NCBI GenBank assembly: GCA_002633005.1
Contig: NMRA01000167.1
Location: 1-38,872, forward strand
Origin: Phoronis australis
Lineage: Eukaryota > Animalia > Phoronida
Length of the DNA stretch: 38,872 nucleotides
Reading direction: 5' to 3'
A model generated the notes under the pieces. The model made no database searches. It was not told the origin of the DNA and saw nothing but the letters and a program-made list of their open reading frames with translations. The translations under genes were made by a program, and so were the position numbers. Of the stretch, positions 17,824 through 30,800 are shown piece after piece; position 1 is the first letter of the stretch, and every line of letters starts with the position of its first letter.

Positions 17824-20800
17824 ACCCAGAATGCAATGGCGTAGTTGACAAAACTAGCTTTAAGGGTGAATGTGGACAAGTTGCTTGTTGAGCTGTCTTC
17901 CTCAAGTGATCTATTGATCAGCTCGTAGGTCGATGCGGGTTATCTGCACACAAAGAGCAAAGTGCTTACTGACTACTGTCTTACGTTCGTAGTACACACA
18001 GTTAGAATGAGCCAACGAGAGATTTGTTGTGAGGTGATGAATCAAAATTTTCATTGGCTACCTAAGGTAATCGGCTATAAGCGCTTACCTCACGTTGACC
18101 ACATGCTGTGAACATTTATGCTAACCAGGTTTCATTTACCGCAGTCGTGGCCAAGTTTTATTCGAAGCACTTAGTTCTTCGTCTGTGCTCGACCTTATGA
18201 AAGATTGGATGAAGAAAGACTGCCCCAATTTTACTAGTAGCATATTTACACCTCTCTGCATCCTAGCCTGAAAGTAGACGGTACCGTAACGGAATGACGA
18301 AGAAAAAAGTCGGCATGGTTGAATTGCTATTCCATAATCCGGAGTTTGCTGCAGTGAAGAGTCATTTCAAATTATATTTTTGGTAAACTGAATTAAGCGT
18401 CAGGGCACGGAATATGTTGTTTGGTTACTTTGGGCACGCACTGTATTACTTACCAGTGGTCATACAGTGGGCCATGTATGTCACTGTTTTCTATGACGAT
18501 GAATCAGGTACAAGATTTGGTTGAATAATTGAGTGCATGATTCTATATGGTAATTTTTTATAAATAGAAGCTGGTATCTAATAGAATCCATGGAACCAGG
18601 TATGATGAGATTAATAACGGTTGGGGGTCCAATTCTAGCTTGGCCTCGCCTGCATTGGCAATGTTTTGTCATCATAAATTTGACCTGATAATAATTCTGG
18701 GGTCTTTAATAATCAATCAATGGTCTCTAATAAAGGCCGGGTCTTGACCACATCTTACATAATGCAGTTTCATCATGATAGCTGTCCTTGGTTACCAGTA
18801 CATCTACTCAAGATGGTCAAAATTCCTCAGCAGACTGCAAGTCTGTTCAGCGGATGACATGATTTCACACCCGAACCCATTAAGCTGGTGGCGGTAACTC
18901 TTAGAGTTGTCTAAGAAATCAAGATGGGTGATTTTTTCACATCTTCACTCATTTGATTAATAACTAACCTCAAATCAGTTATAATAGAGTGTATAGTGTA
19001 TGGCCTCTGAGGTTCCCGATGTCACAGCATGAGTACTTTGCATTTTAAGAAACGCCCGCCTATTATAAACTTTTCACCTTACTCTGTTCTTGTGAAAGTG
19101 CAAAGTAGTTTACACAATTTTGCATTACGTAAGCTAATTAATGTTAAAGTAGATATCCTTATTATGTAAAAAAACAATTTATTCAAGATATTATTAAGAA
19201 GTGAATTCTGGATGTAAAACATGTTGTACCAGAAACTGTTGTACATGTTTTCCTGTGTCACAGTCAGCAGTCTAACTTAGTAATTTGTTGTATCATCTTG
19301 TTTATTGTTGTCTGTTGTTGTAATTTGCTAATAGATGTCGCCGGGTATGCCAAACAATGACTACTCACTGTTAGATTAGCTCATCTTTGTTGCCAGTCTT
19401 CCCACTGTAAGTGTACGGTGCACACTTCAGAGGATCTTTTGCGAAACTCAGAGTGAAACTGCTAAGACAAAGAAGTCCTGTGGTCATAATTATTGTTGTT
19501 TGTTTTATGTTCTGAAATACGTTGACCTTTTTATGGGTAGCGAAAACCGATTTGTGCACATAGTGCAACATGGCTTCTCTTTGTTCAACAGAATCAAGTG
19601 ACATTTGGACATTCTGATTGGTTGGAAAAGTAACAAATGAGCACTCCAATTGGTTGATGTTGAGAAATGCATCAGTATACGGCTCCATCTATTGGGGAAT
19701 GACTTTGTGCCTAGAGGCTGCTGGAACAATGAGAACAGACTAAATTTATGTTTTCCAAAATAATTTGTATTTTATGATTCATTTAAGATATTATAAACAA
19801 GGGTCACACTTAACAACAAAATGATTCGTTGTACATACTTTTCTGGCTCGTTTGCAAGCCATATGGTTTATGACAAACATCCGAATTGAGACATGCATAC
19901 TTATGCCCTTGTACAGATTTCTGCAGATCTCTCATTCTTCCACAAGGCGACTGCTGTAATGGTTCTGCTGTCACAGAGGGTCATCTAACATCGTCTGCTC
20001 ATTAACCTGCCAGTTGATTTGGGATAGATACTTGTGTCTGTGATAAACGGAACTTCTGGCTGCTTGAAATACTACTAATAAAATAAATGAAATAATCTTA
20101 ACAGTGCGTAAATTCACGTCTGCTGGCGGTGCTGCTTTTGATGACGAGTATCCCATAATCCTTTGTGTACGTGACATTTCAGTTGCGCTATTCGTAGAAA
20201 AGATAAATCCAAGATGGACATGTCTTTTACACAACATTGGAACAATCTGCTTTTTATAATTTAGAACTTAAAAAGTTCAACATTTGTACTGCAGTTTTCA
20301 TGTGCAAAAGATGTGCAAGTTCTTATATTTTAAACACCGAGAAATTAGTCTGCAGCTTGCATGGTTCTAACTTTATCTGCTGGATAATTTTGCATGATGC
20401 ATTGTTAGGATTATTGTTCAATTTACAGTAATGAATTTTAAATAAAGCCAAAAAGTGTATCTGGCTGGGCCACATCATTTTTTTAAGCTGTGCGTGACGA
20501 CGGTTAGTGAATTTTTGGAAAAGAGGCACTGCTGCACCACATGAAGGAGCATATCAACAAGTGTGTGTACCAACCCACTACCAGTATCACCTTGGTTATC
20601 CTGCTGACTGGCTAGTCATAAAACTAACCAATGCATGTAACCTAAATAACTCTGAAATCAGGGTCATTTCCTATGTGTTTTCTGAATTCAGAGAGAAATA
20701 AAACGTGCAGAACCAAACATAACACTTGGGACCTGATTTTGGACATTTTTAGCGCGATTACATAATTTATTTACGGAAAAGTTGCATCATAGCGTGTAGT

Positions 20801-21615
20801 GCCTTCAACTTGTCCATCTTAGCAGAAACCAAGTAAGGTGTCCAAATGAACTGAGCACAGCTGAATAGTTTGACCTGTTGATGCTGACAGTATCATGAGT
20901 AACATGGTGGGTGTAATTTGTCCTGAAAATTAACAGGATTGTGCAGGAACGATTTTAATAGCCAAAAACCTTAACAACAAAAAATTAAAACTGTGAAGTA
21001 TGGTTTCTGAAAGTAGAAAGACTGTAGTTTGGTTTTCCCTTTGAAACCAATCTGTCGTCAATTAAATCTCAATTTCATTTGATACAAAATGTTCAAGAAA
21101 GATTTTCTGAAGTATTTTATTTAAATCTTTTAAATAAAAGCATAAAGGTCCTGTTCTTTGATAGCATCTCGCGTTAAAGTGGAAGATTTTAAAAACAATT
21201 CCTCGCAGCATTTTGGAGCAAAGTGCATACGAGGGAAGTTTCATAATTACGTCGAATACTGTCAGCTGTTTCCTTAATTAAGTTCCGAAGATAGCCAAAT
21301 TTGGATGTTATTCAAAGGCCCTACAATTGAAGAAAAAGTCATGGCCCATTTTTAATGCATACGATAGAATCTCACCATTTTTGGACAAAAAATAATTGAC
21401 AAAGATGACGTCACACTGCTAGACCCCTTGAGAAAGGCGTCTATCTCCTCAGCTCAGTTTTACTATATATAATTATGTGTACAGTATTCGTTTGTCAAGT
21501 GCAATGGCCGCGTAATTGAAATTGCATAATGAAAAGAAACTAATGAAACAACGATGACTTCAAGAACTTAAAAATGTGAAAACATATCAGACAACTTAAC
21601 ATTTTTTAATAAGTA

Positions 21616-21621
21616 TTTATT
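21616..21621 (-). terminator. Candidate TIPIN polyadenylation signal
   Basis: AATAAA on the minus strand ~90 nt after the stop, followed by T-rich sequence. Confidence 0.45.
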
Positions 21622-21711
21622 ACGTTATTAAATGAATGTCATAACGATATGTAAAAATGTTGATTATGTAAACAGTAATATGAAGTTTCACAGTTTTCAT
21701 ACTAAACACAA

Positions 21712-21860
21712 TTATTCTTGTATCGTTTCCATGTCTTTTGTAGGATTGCCCGTCGTCGTATCACAATCATCTCTGTCGTCCAACATATCAATTAATTCTT
21801 CTTCTGTTGCCATGTCATCTGTTTCCTTGGTAACTGTCTGGATATGATCTGTTGGGGAAT
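21712..21860 (-). CDS. TIPIN: TIPIN last coding exon (acidic tail)
   Basis: cttttcag|DSPTDHIQ...KDMETIQE*, phase 1 fits the previous exon; no conserved motif. Confidence 0.7.
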
Positions 21861-24800
21861 CTGAAAAGTATTCCAAGTCATAACCACAAACCAGGTGTAA
21901 ATGTTTGACAACCATCACACACAGCTGCAATGCGTCGTTACTAAGTTGTAATATTATGTGATTGACTTGAAATTTGTTCAATAACACAGCAAACTGAATG
22001 TTATTAAACAGGCCTGGCAATTCTATTATGTCCTTTTTTGCAATTATGTTTACACTTATTAATGTGTTTAAACAATTCTTCGTGCATTTATTTATGGCTT
22101 GGCCTGGTCTCATTTGTCATGGAATGCACGGACAGGAAGCATGTGACCGGCACCATACAAACGGCCAAATTTAAAATGTAAAATTCCACCAAATCACAAG
22201 GAGTTTTAAATGTTTTCTGTCCACAATTTCCCCAAAGTACCAAACGAACGTAACACCACGAAGCTATGTTATTGACATGCAACATGTGTAGTTAACTATC
22301 AGCTGGCAATAATTTTGCAAATAAAGTTAAATTTTCAACCATCAGAAGAATTCTGAACAGCAAACGCATCTAGTGAATGAGTGATTCTAGCAAGTTGCCG
22401 CTGTTTTTTGCAAGTCACATGCCCTTTCGTTGGAACCCCACGCCACCACTATAACAAATCTATGAGACAAAAACATGCCTGCCTGTCCTATATTTCCTCA
22501 GTGTTTCAGATCCTGCACAAGAACACGGCACCTAAATCAAAGCAATGCCACTGCAAGAGGCCCCTATATTCGAGTGATAAACAATAGCCCAATCTTTTTC
22601 TTGCGCTTTTGGTCCAAAAAGTCAGTATGCATTCCCAAAGCAGGTACCGTGACTAATAAGTATGACGAGTGGTCATTAATACATTATCTTCGGATATTTT
22701 AAATGAGAGTGACAAACAGGATGTTAGATAGATCGTTGACAAAAAGACCAGGAAGGAGCCTGTTTTATCAAAGGTCTTAAGTCTTGCCTTACCCAAGATG
22801 GCCATGACTTTGATTTTAATTTACACACAGATCATTATTGTGGTTAGTGAAGGTGATCGTCGAGTATGAATTTTAAAAATGACCAACTTGACATCTGCAG
22901 CAATTTTTTGCTCTTCTTAAAAAACGCAGCGTCGCATTTGTAATAACTTCGCTACAACTGAAGTTATGGTCTTTGATCAAACTGGCCCCTGGTGTTAAAC
23001 AACATGTTGTCTGTCATCCACAAAAAGAGATTACATCAAGCACGTTCGCAACACAGGAAGACTCTAAAATTTGGAATGGAGACTTCAGATGTTAGTTGCC
23101 GCCTATTGAAATTTCATATGTCACGTATTGCTGTACACAAAGAAAGAGGAGTGACCTCCCAAGTTTAGTTTCGCACTTATGTCAGTTAATAGGACAGTCC
23201 CAGATTACACAGGGATACTTGAAACTTGCAGAATTCACCAACAATGCATCTTCATCAGTTGAGGTTCTCTGGAATTTCTCATTTGTTGATGGCTAGATAT
23301 TTTCACGTTTTTCTTGGCTGCATTCACTGTATTCGACTTTCCAATGCCAGCAAAGTGCTACTGCTGTGCCGTGGGATGTAAGTTCCACGGCAGAAAGTTG
23401 GATAAACTTGAGAAGTATCCATAGATGCGATATTTTCCGACATTGTTCTTAGAACGAGCTCGATATTTGCAGAATGCAGAAAATGTAGCAATGCGTTTTC
23501 TTACCTCCAAAACAAAGCAAATTTCTACCCAGGACCATCATAATTTTTTGACTTGGCAGGAAATTTTAGAGTTAGAATTTCAGAAACATAGCAACATTTA
23601 CCTGTGTTGTTTTGGACCTCCTTCAAATCTGATGTGGTTTGTAAACGATCTGTTATCTCTTGATCATTATCTTTGTCACAAGGTGTCACTGGTGGTTGAC
23701 TATCTTGACTTGGCTGCTGTCCTGTAGAGGTCACTTTGGCTGGTGTGACCACCTGAAACTTTCCCCCACTAGGAGACTGAAAACCTGTTGAAGAATTTGA
23801 ACAAAAAATGAAACACTTGGTACATGACATCCTTTATAAAATTCCTAATAAAGGAAAATTAATTCTATCGAGCAGTTTTAAATAGTTAACAAACTGGTCT
23901 AAAAAATTAATGCTGATGTCGTCGATGAAGAAATTCGGAAGAGCGTGGACGAAGCAGATAGTACAAAAATGTCTGTAGAATGTATAAATTTGGCAAGAGT
24001 TTCACTGAAAATTGGTAGTGTAGTACATAGCACACACACCAGAATACAGACACAACCATCACTTTGGTTACTTTATGAAATTCTTATTAGTGGGCAATGA
24101 ATGTTATAATTTACTACTCAATATACAGTAAAGAAGCAACAGTTACTGATAAATTTCACAATGATTGAGATCAGGTAACTCACCAAGTCTTGATGCCCGT
24201 TTTTGAAGAGCTATCTCTTTATTCCTTTTAATTCTTTCAAGCTGTTCAGGGGTTAGCTACAAAAAACACCAGATAAGAAGAAACATGATTTTTTTCTGTC
24301 TTCGATTCAAAGTAAAGATAATTTGGCAGCAGCCACTTGCATACAAAACATGAGGCAGATTTGTTCAAATTCACAGTACACACGTCTATCTTCCAGTGTT
24401 ACAATGCAGGAAGTCAGTTCTACACTAAAGACACTAGAGCCGTACAGCTCTTATGAGAGGGTCATAATAATTGTATTTGTGCCTCGAAGATAATTCTAAA
24501 TTACAAAGAGTACGCTTTGAGAGCCCACAAATATAGGACTAACTAAAAACTAGCATATGACAAGTTTGAGATGGTTTGCAACCCCAAAAAGATCCCTGCG
24601 CAATGAAACTGTGGAGAAACGAAAGTATGGTAAAAATATGAAATTGAGAACTCGACAAATCAGATGAAAGATTTCACAAGTGTTTCAATATACTGTATAC
24701 ACATATCATCTTCAGGATATTTTCAACCACAGAACAAATTAACAGACAAATTTTAATTAAAAAAATGTTTTCTCCAATGCAAAATAGAAAAAAATGAAAC

Positions 24801-27800
24801 ATTTCTTGCAAATGAAGTCCTTCCGAGTCCCAACATAATATCGATATTAGTTTACATGTAAGTCAAGTGAGCTCAAAACAGGTATAACAAGTATTTGGGA
24901 ATAGAATGTGAACCATCTTAACAATGAGGCACAGATCTTAAGTACGCACCTCTTGGACGACATCCTGCTGTGGTTTGGCGATGGGAGTACTGGTGACATT
25001 CGCTGAATTCTCATTGGCTGGAGTGGGAAGGTCAGAGGTCATGGACTCACATGCAAACTGCTGACTGGCTGCCTGCTTCTCAGCTCTTCTCCTCTCCTCC
25101 TCCTCTCTTAAAATCTCATCAAATAGTTCTTCATCATCACCATCAATATTATCCTATAACGTAAAACGTGGCTCAAGTCTTGTTGTCATAACATGAGTAA
25201 GGTAAAACCTCACCAAATTGGGACAAAAATTGTAACCAAAATAGCCATTTTTTCATTTTTCAAATTGTTGCGAATGTAAGCAATTTTTCAAAATATTGTC
25301 AAGTGGTAGCTATGGTACAAACAAGGACGAAGTGTGGGTTAGTATGATACGTGTCCATTTTTCTTTCTCGAAGTGGTGGGTTCGAGTCCCACTGAGCCAC
25401 AATGCTAATCCCTTGAGCCAGGTCTCCAGCTCCCCAGATTGGTTATAACTATATATTAATAAGAGCACAAAAATGGTTCCGTGCAATGGTCCCACATACG
25501 CCGCCTGCTCAAGTCTGGTACAACGTGTACCAGACCACCTGCAATCATTAGTTTTTATATTACGGTGCAAACCTTGAACATGTGAAAGCATTACTTTATT
25601 AAATCAAAAAATAAAGTTTTCCTTTTCCACCAAATTGTGTCTTAAATTACTAAGATTTTATCATATTTCATTCATGGAGTCTCCATAAACTTTAATTTGT
25701 ATTAATTGTATTTTTTTGTCCACTACTACTACTACTACTACTATTGTAGACCAGTTATGTTAACACTGCTGTACAACAGATTCTCTTCATAGACCATTAT
25801 CCTTTGCGGTATCAAATGACTATTTAGTGGAAATAAGTTGCAGTTTTAGCCGAGGAATTGTCTGTACAACCCAGTTCATAGTGCTCCATTAACTCAGTGC
25901 GTACCTATGAATGATAATCAGACACGTCGGGGTGACAGGGGTAAAGCTTTACCACCTGTCTGACTGAGACTCCAGTGTTAACGTGATTAGCACGTAATGC
26001 TCCAACAGAATGATCCCCCTCGACGTGAAGACCAGTGCCAGGCTGCATGAAACAGTCCCAAATAGGGACTCAACTAAGGTCTCTGAATCTAACGCGTGCT
26101 TGTGGACTGGTGAAAACATTATGCTGTTTTCGTTTCATTACTAAGTCAATTTTTGTCTTTGATACAAAGCGAGAGTGAATTCCATGCCAAATTCTCAATA
26201 ATATTTAAAATAAGGATCATTTTATGCAACAGCCTGTGTCCCTATTTATTTTCAATGAACTAAGGGCTCAGTTTTTAGTTCTGAAAATGACATTTAGACA
26301 AAGAGGACCTCGTAATAATATAAAATGTTAAGAAAAGATAACATCTTACAGTAAAGAACAACACAAATATGCAAAAGATTTAGGGACCTTTAGTAGAGTC
26401 CCTCTTTGGGACTGTTTCATGCAACCGGGCACTGAAGCCCATTCTACGCGACACAGAAAAGTCATACACGATAACTGGTAAAGTCTAGGCATATAGCATA
26501 AATGTAAAGAACAATACACAGATGCGTCGGAGAAGGCAGTTACCGCTTGGAACACAACTTGGCCTAAACTTTACAAATTAAAGCGGTGCCAGAGGTAATT
26601 GAAATGCACATAAAATTATGAAGGACGTTAGCAGTATATGAGGAAATAACAACAAAAATCTTGTTGTCCACACCATCTTTTCAAAAGTACCGTTGCCGAA
26701 AAATTTTTTTATCATGATTTGAGAAATGACATCAAAAGTAAGCCAAAAAATTTCAGTCATTTTCAACAGACCAGCCTACAAATCTACTTTTTAATTGAAT
26801 GAGCCATTTGGAAACGAAGGTAGTTGTCTAGTATTTCTTTTAACGGAAGTGGAAATAGTCAATACAGTCGGTCTTTTGAACTGGCCTTGGTATTGCAAAT
26901 TCTTGTGAAGGACACGTGAAGAGAACAAATGATGATTATTTTATAACTCAAATATGCTTCATAACAAATGTTAAGGTAGAATATTCCATGTTCCTTCGAA
27001 AACCATTGCCCGCAAAAAACGTCAGGCGAGCCATCCCATGTGGCTACCAATAGTTTCTGACGGGGTATAGTCAAACTACATCAGCCTCCATCAGTTATTT
27101 CACAAGTTAATTTTGCAAAATGGCCTCCGTGTTCAGAATTACGCAATCGATGTGTAAAATGAGAAATGCTCACTCGCTATTCTTGTTTTTAAACAAACTA
27201 AAAAATTAATATACATTTTTCCCATCAACAATGGCTTCACTGACGAAACACAATCGAGCAGCCTCCACAGTCTCAGTTGACTCACTTGGAAACTAAAGCG
27301 TGAAAATATTAAATAGTACGTCATATTTCCAATTTTCAAGGTATCAATTAAAGCACCAAACGCTTTTCATTTCAATATTGTGGCAGTATTTCTTGTTTCG
27401 GTATTTGGTATTATACAGACACTGGGAACAGGTGCCCAACCTTAGCTATGTCACTGCTTCACCACTCACCCCAGCCTTCTCAGCCTCATCACCGCTGTTA
27501 TCCTGGTCGGCAGACGCAAAGTCTTCATCCAGCAGAGGCATGTCCAGACGCATTTTATTCACACACGTCTGGAAAATAAGCTTCATCTAGCATGGTACAA
27601 CAAATTGATTCTTAGTGAATTTCCAAATTTCCAAACATGCAGTAACAAGGGCAACCCTGATAGTTCTGGTTTTGCGCCACATCAATACAATACAAAAGCA
27701 ACGTGAAGCATTGAAATGCGCCCATGAATGCACTGTAAACAGTGTGCTTCTAGGGTGTTTATATCATAAAAATGGCCACTAGATAGTGAAAAATATTTTG

Positions 27801-30800
27801 AATCCATCAAAAAACTGGAAAATGTCACCGTTTTTTAACAGAAAACTATTTACCACATTTCATTTTTTGTTTGAGGGTAACCCTTTTGGACGTTTGTGTT
27901 ACTGAAGACAAATTATTTGAAGCAGTCCAAAGGAAAGGCTTGTTGGTTGCTGTCTTGGTAAAGCAAAAATATCATTTTACGCCAATTCTTCACTTATGTG
28001 AACTGGACTGGACCAGGGAAAATTTAAATTCTAACAGAAGTTCACATAACAATACTCATCTACAGAGCTCCAATCATTGTTATGAGCAATGCTACTTCAG
28101 TGGTTGCTATTAAAAGATAGGCAAGCAGAATCAACAAGGGAACTGAGGCTCTACACATCAATTGGCAACTGACACACCTCAGGTTGTCATTGTTAGTCTA
28201 GTCTACGGTTACTCCTTGTAACTGACTGTGTCCGTGTATCATTACTTGTTGTTGGGCCTAGCAAGGTGGCCACTGTTTTTGGTTCTGAGGATGGTGTTTT
28301 AATAAACGGCAAAACATGTTAAGTCTCCATGATAGAAAGTAGCAGTGTAAGTTAATAAAAACAATAACTTGGATTTTAACCCAGAAACTGGCACACCACA
28401 AGTTGTCATTGTTAGTCTAGTCTACTGTTACTCTCCTGTAACTGACAGTCTGTGTATCATTACTTGTTGTTGGGCCTAGCAAGGTGGCCACTGTTTTTGG
28501 TTCTGAGGATGGTGTTTTAATAAACACCGAAACATCTCAAGCTGCATATTATGCCATTCAGATGAACTCGTAGAAATGGCCGACATGAATTCATACACAA
28601 AATCTTTTATACCTGGACCTCTTTTTTCTTGCCCAGCCGCTCAACACGTTCCAAGACTTCATCAAAGGGCATCTTGGGAAATAAGCGATGGGCCCAATGC
28701 TCCAGGACACTCATCATTTTCTTCAGGTCTTCTCTCTACAACATTCAAGTCCCAATGCGTGCACTTTTTGCCATGAATTCAAAAATAACCGTGACACTAC
28801 AGTTTGAACACTCAATGTCCACTCAGCACTCACTTGATGATGATTCGGACTAACATCGTTTTCTTATGAATTTTGTGTTCTCATGTTTTTTCTCAAATTT
28901 TTTACATCACTGTAACTATAAACACTGATGTCATTAACTTTTCGCCATATACACTGCCATTCGATTCACACCAATCAGTGGTCTCCACAACCTGTTTCAT
29001 CACAGTAACGACTTTAAATTTTGTCTAGACAAGTTTGGCTTGCTTGCGTTGAGCTTGAAAATCCTTGGAATTTGTTTGATTTTTGGGAGATTAGTTATTT
29101 CTGAAGCAAACTATGATATTTTGGACTTTGGGCACAAGCTCACAGTATTTATTCCATGACATTACGTTAACGTGCAACCTGCCCACAGTATGGGCACGGA
29201 GTTTCCAGCATGTACATAAATTATTAATTCCGGTTGAATTTGAATTTTCTGCAGTGGAGAACACTGTCTGCCAATTATTGAATATTCATGAATATTTTGG
29301 TGAATGAGCAACCATGAAGCGGGCAGCATAAAGGTCAAGATGTTGATAAGGAGCAGCCCGTTGACCAGCAAACTGAATAAACAACAGCCACCTGAAGGCA
29401 TCCCCAGACATCCTCTTAATGTTCAGGCAAGGTCCTTTTAACACAATATCCGTGAAATAACTGCACCACTATAGGACTGGTCTCAGCTTGTACCTTGTAC
29501 TCTGAGAGAGGCCCTGGTTTTCGTCATTTAATGGAAATTGGACCAGATCCATGAATCTGACATGTTTCATGGAATTTTCATATTTTTATGGCAGATTTTT
29601 GGCTATTACCGTAATCGTTCGGGTTAACGCCCATGCTCAGTTAACCGCCCATCCCCGACTTTAAGTGGATTTCCGATTTAACCGCCCACTGCTCAGTTAA
29701 GCGCCCCCCTGCGATTTTTGAAGATTTCCAGTTAAGCGCCCACCTCTCGGTTAAGCGCCCATCCCGACTTTTAAAGAATGAAGATTTAGTGCCTATTGCT
29801 AAGGAAACGCGCGATTCCCCAACTTTTAGAAAAAGATCGATGATCACAATGAGTGCAACGACGCCGGGACTCCGAGACGGTGGTTTAGCAATCTGAATCA
29901 CAATACAGGTAAAGAGTTATTGTCTTGGGTCATGAACTCACTTCAAAATACTTGAACCTTTTTGTCACTTTATTTTCTTCCCTTGTTTGCAAAGTTTAAG
30001 AACGCCGCCGGCGTCAAAACCTCCGCTTTCAGCGACTTTGTCTGCCGCACTGAGTTTCCGTCTGCAGTGCACTAGATAAAACATACATTCGAAAAAATCA
30101 GGCCAGAGAAATGTGACAATGGTTTTGCCAACCCTCCAAATTCTATTAAGGTGGGAAGCTCTCGTATTTTGAACAAAACTCCCAACTCACGGAAAGATGT
30201 CAAATTCTCAATATTTTGATGAATATAACTGCCGGGTTATAGAGGATGTGGGGCGACCGAAGGGACAGTACAAGTGCCTTACTGGGTTACCGATTTCGTT
30301 GTCATTAAAGTTTGAAAAACTAATTCAGCTGTTTTTTGTGTTTGGGATGTTTATGTTCGAGACTCCAAGATTCAATGCCATTTTCAACGTAACGTTCTAC
30401 GGCTGTTTTATTTTGACCGAGGTTGGCAGACATAAGACAATCATCAATCAAAAGTTACCGCAAAGGCATTACTCAAAAAAGTGCTTAAGATTTTAATATT
30501 AAAAAATACTAACACTATGAATGGGATGAGTCTAATAAATGAACCCGTATAGTAGAGTCTGAGAAAGTAGTAGTTCATACACAATTACCTGCGTTGGTAA
30601 AAATAATTCGAAAACGAAGCCCTCATTATACGGTTAACCGGCACCAATGGTTTGTTCCAACGAGCAAAGTGTCCATACTGAGTCCGTGTTGTTGGAAACA
30701 GGACTCGGCACTAGACATAACGAGCTGCAGGTCGCATTGGCGACCTAAATTTCGAAAATGCGAGCCGGGATTTTGGTCATCTTGTATTTAGTCGTAACAT

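Noticed and set aside
25330-25400. Functional tRNA gene
   Set aside because: Only the T-arm is intact; no D, anticodon or acceptor stems.
27440-27469. Extension of TIPIN exon 5 to a downstream aag|gttggg donor
   Set aside because: In-frame TAG before that donor.
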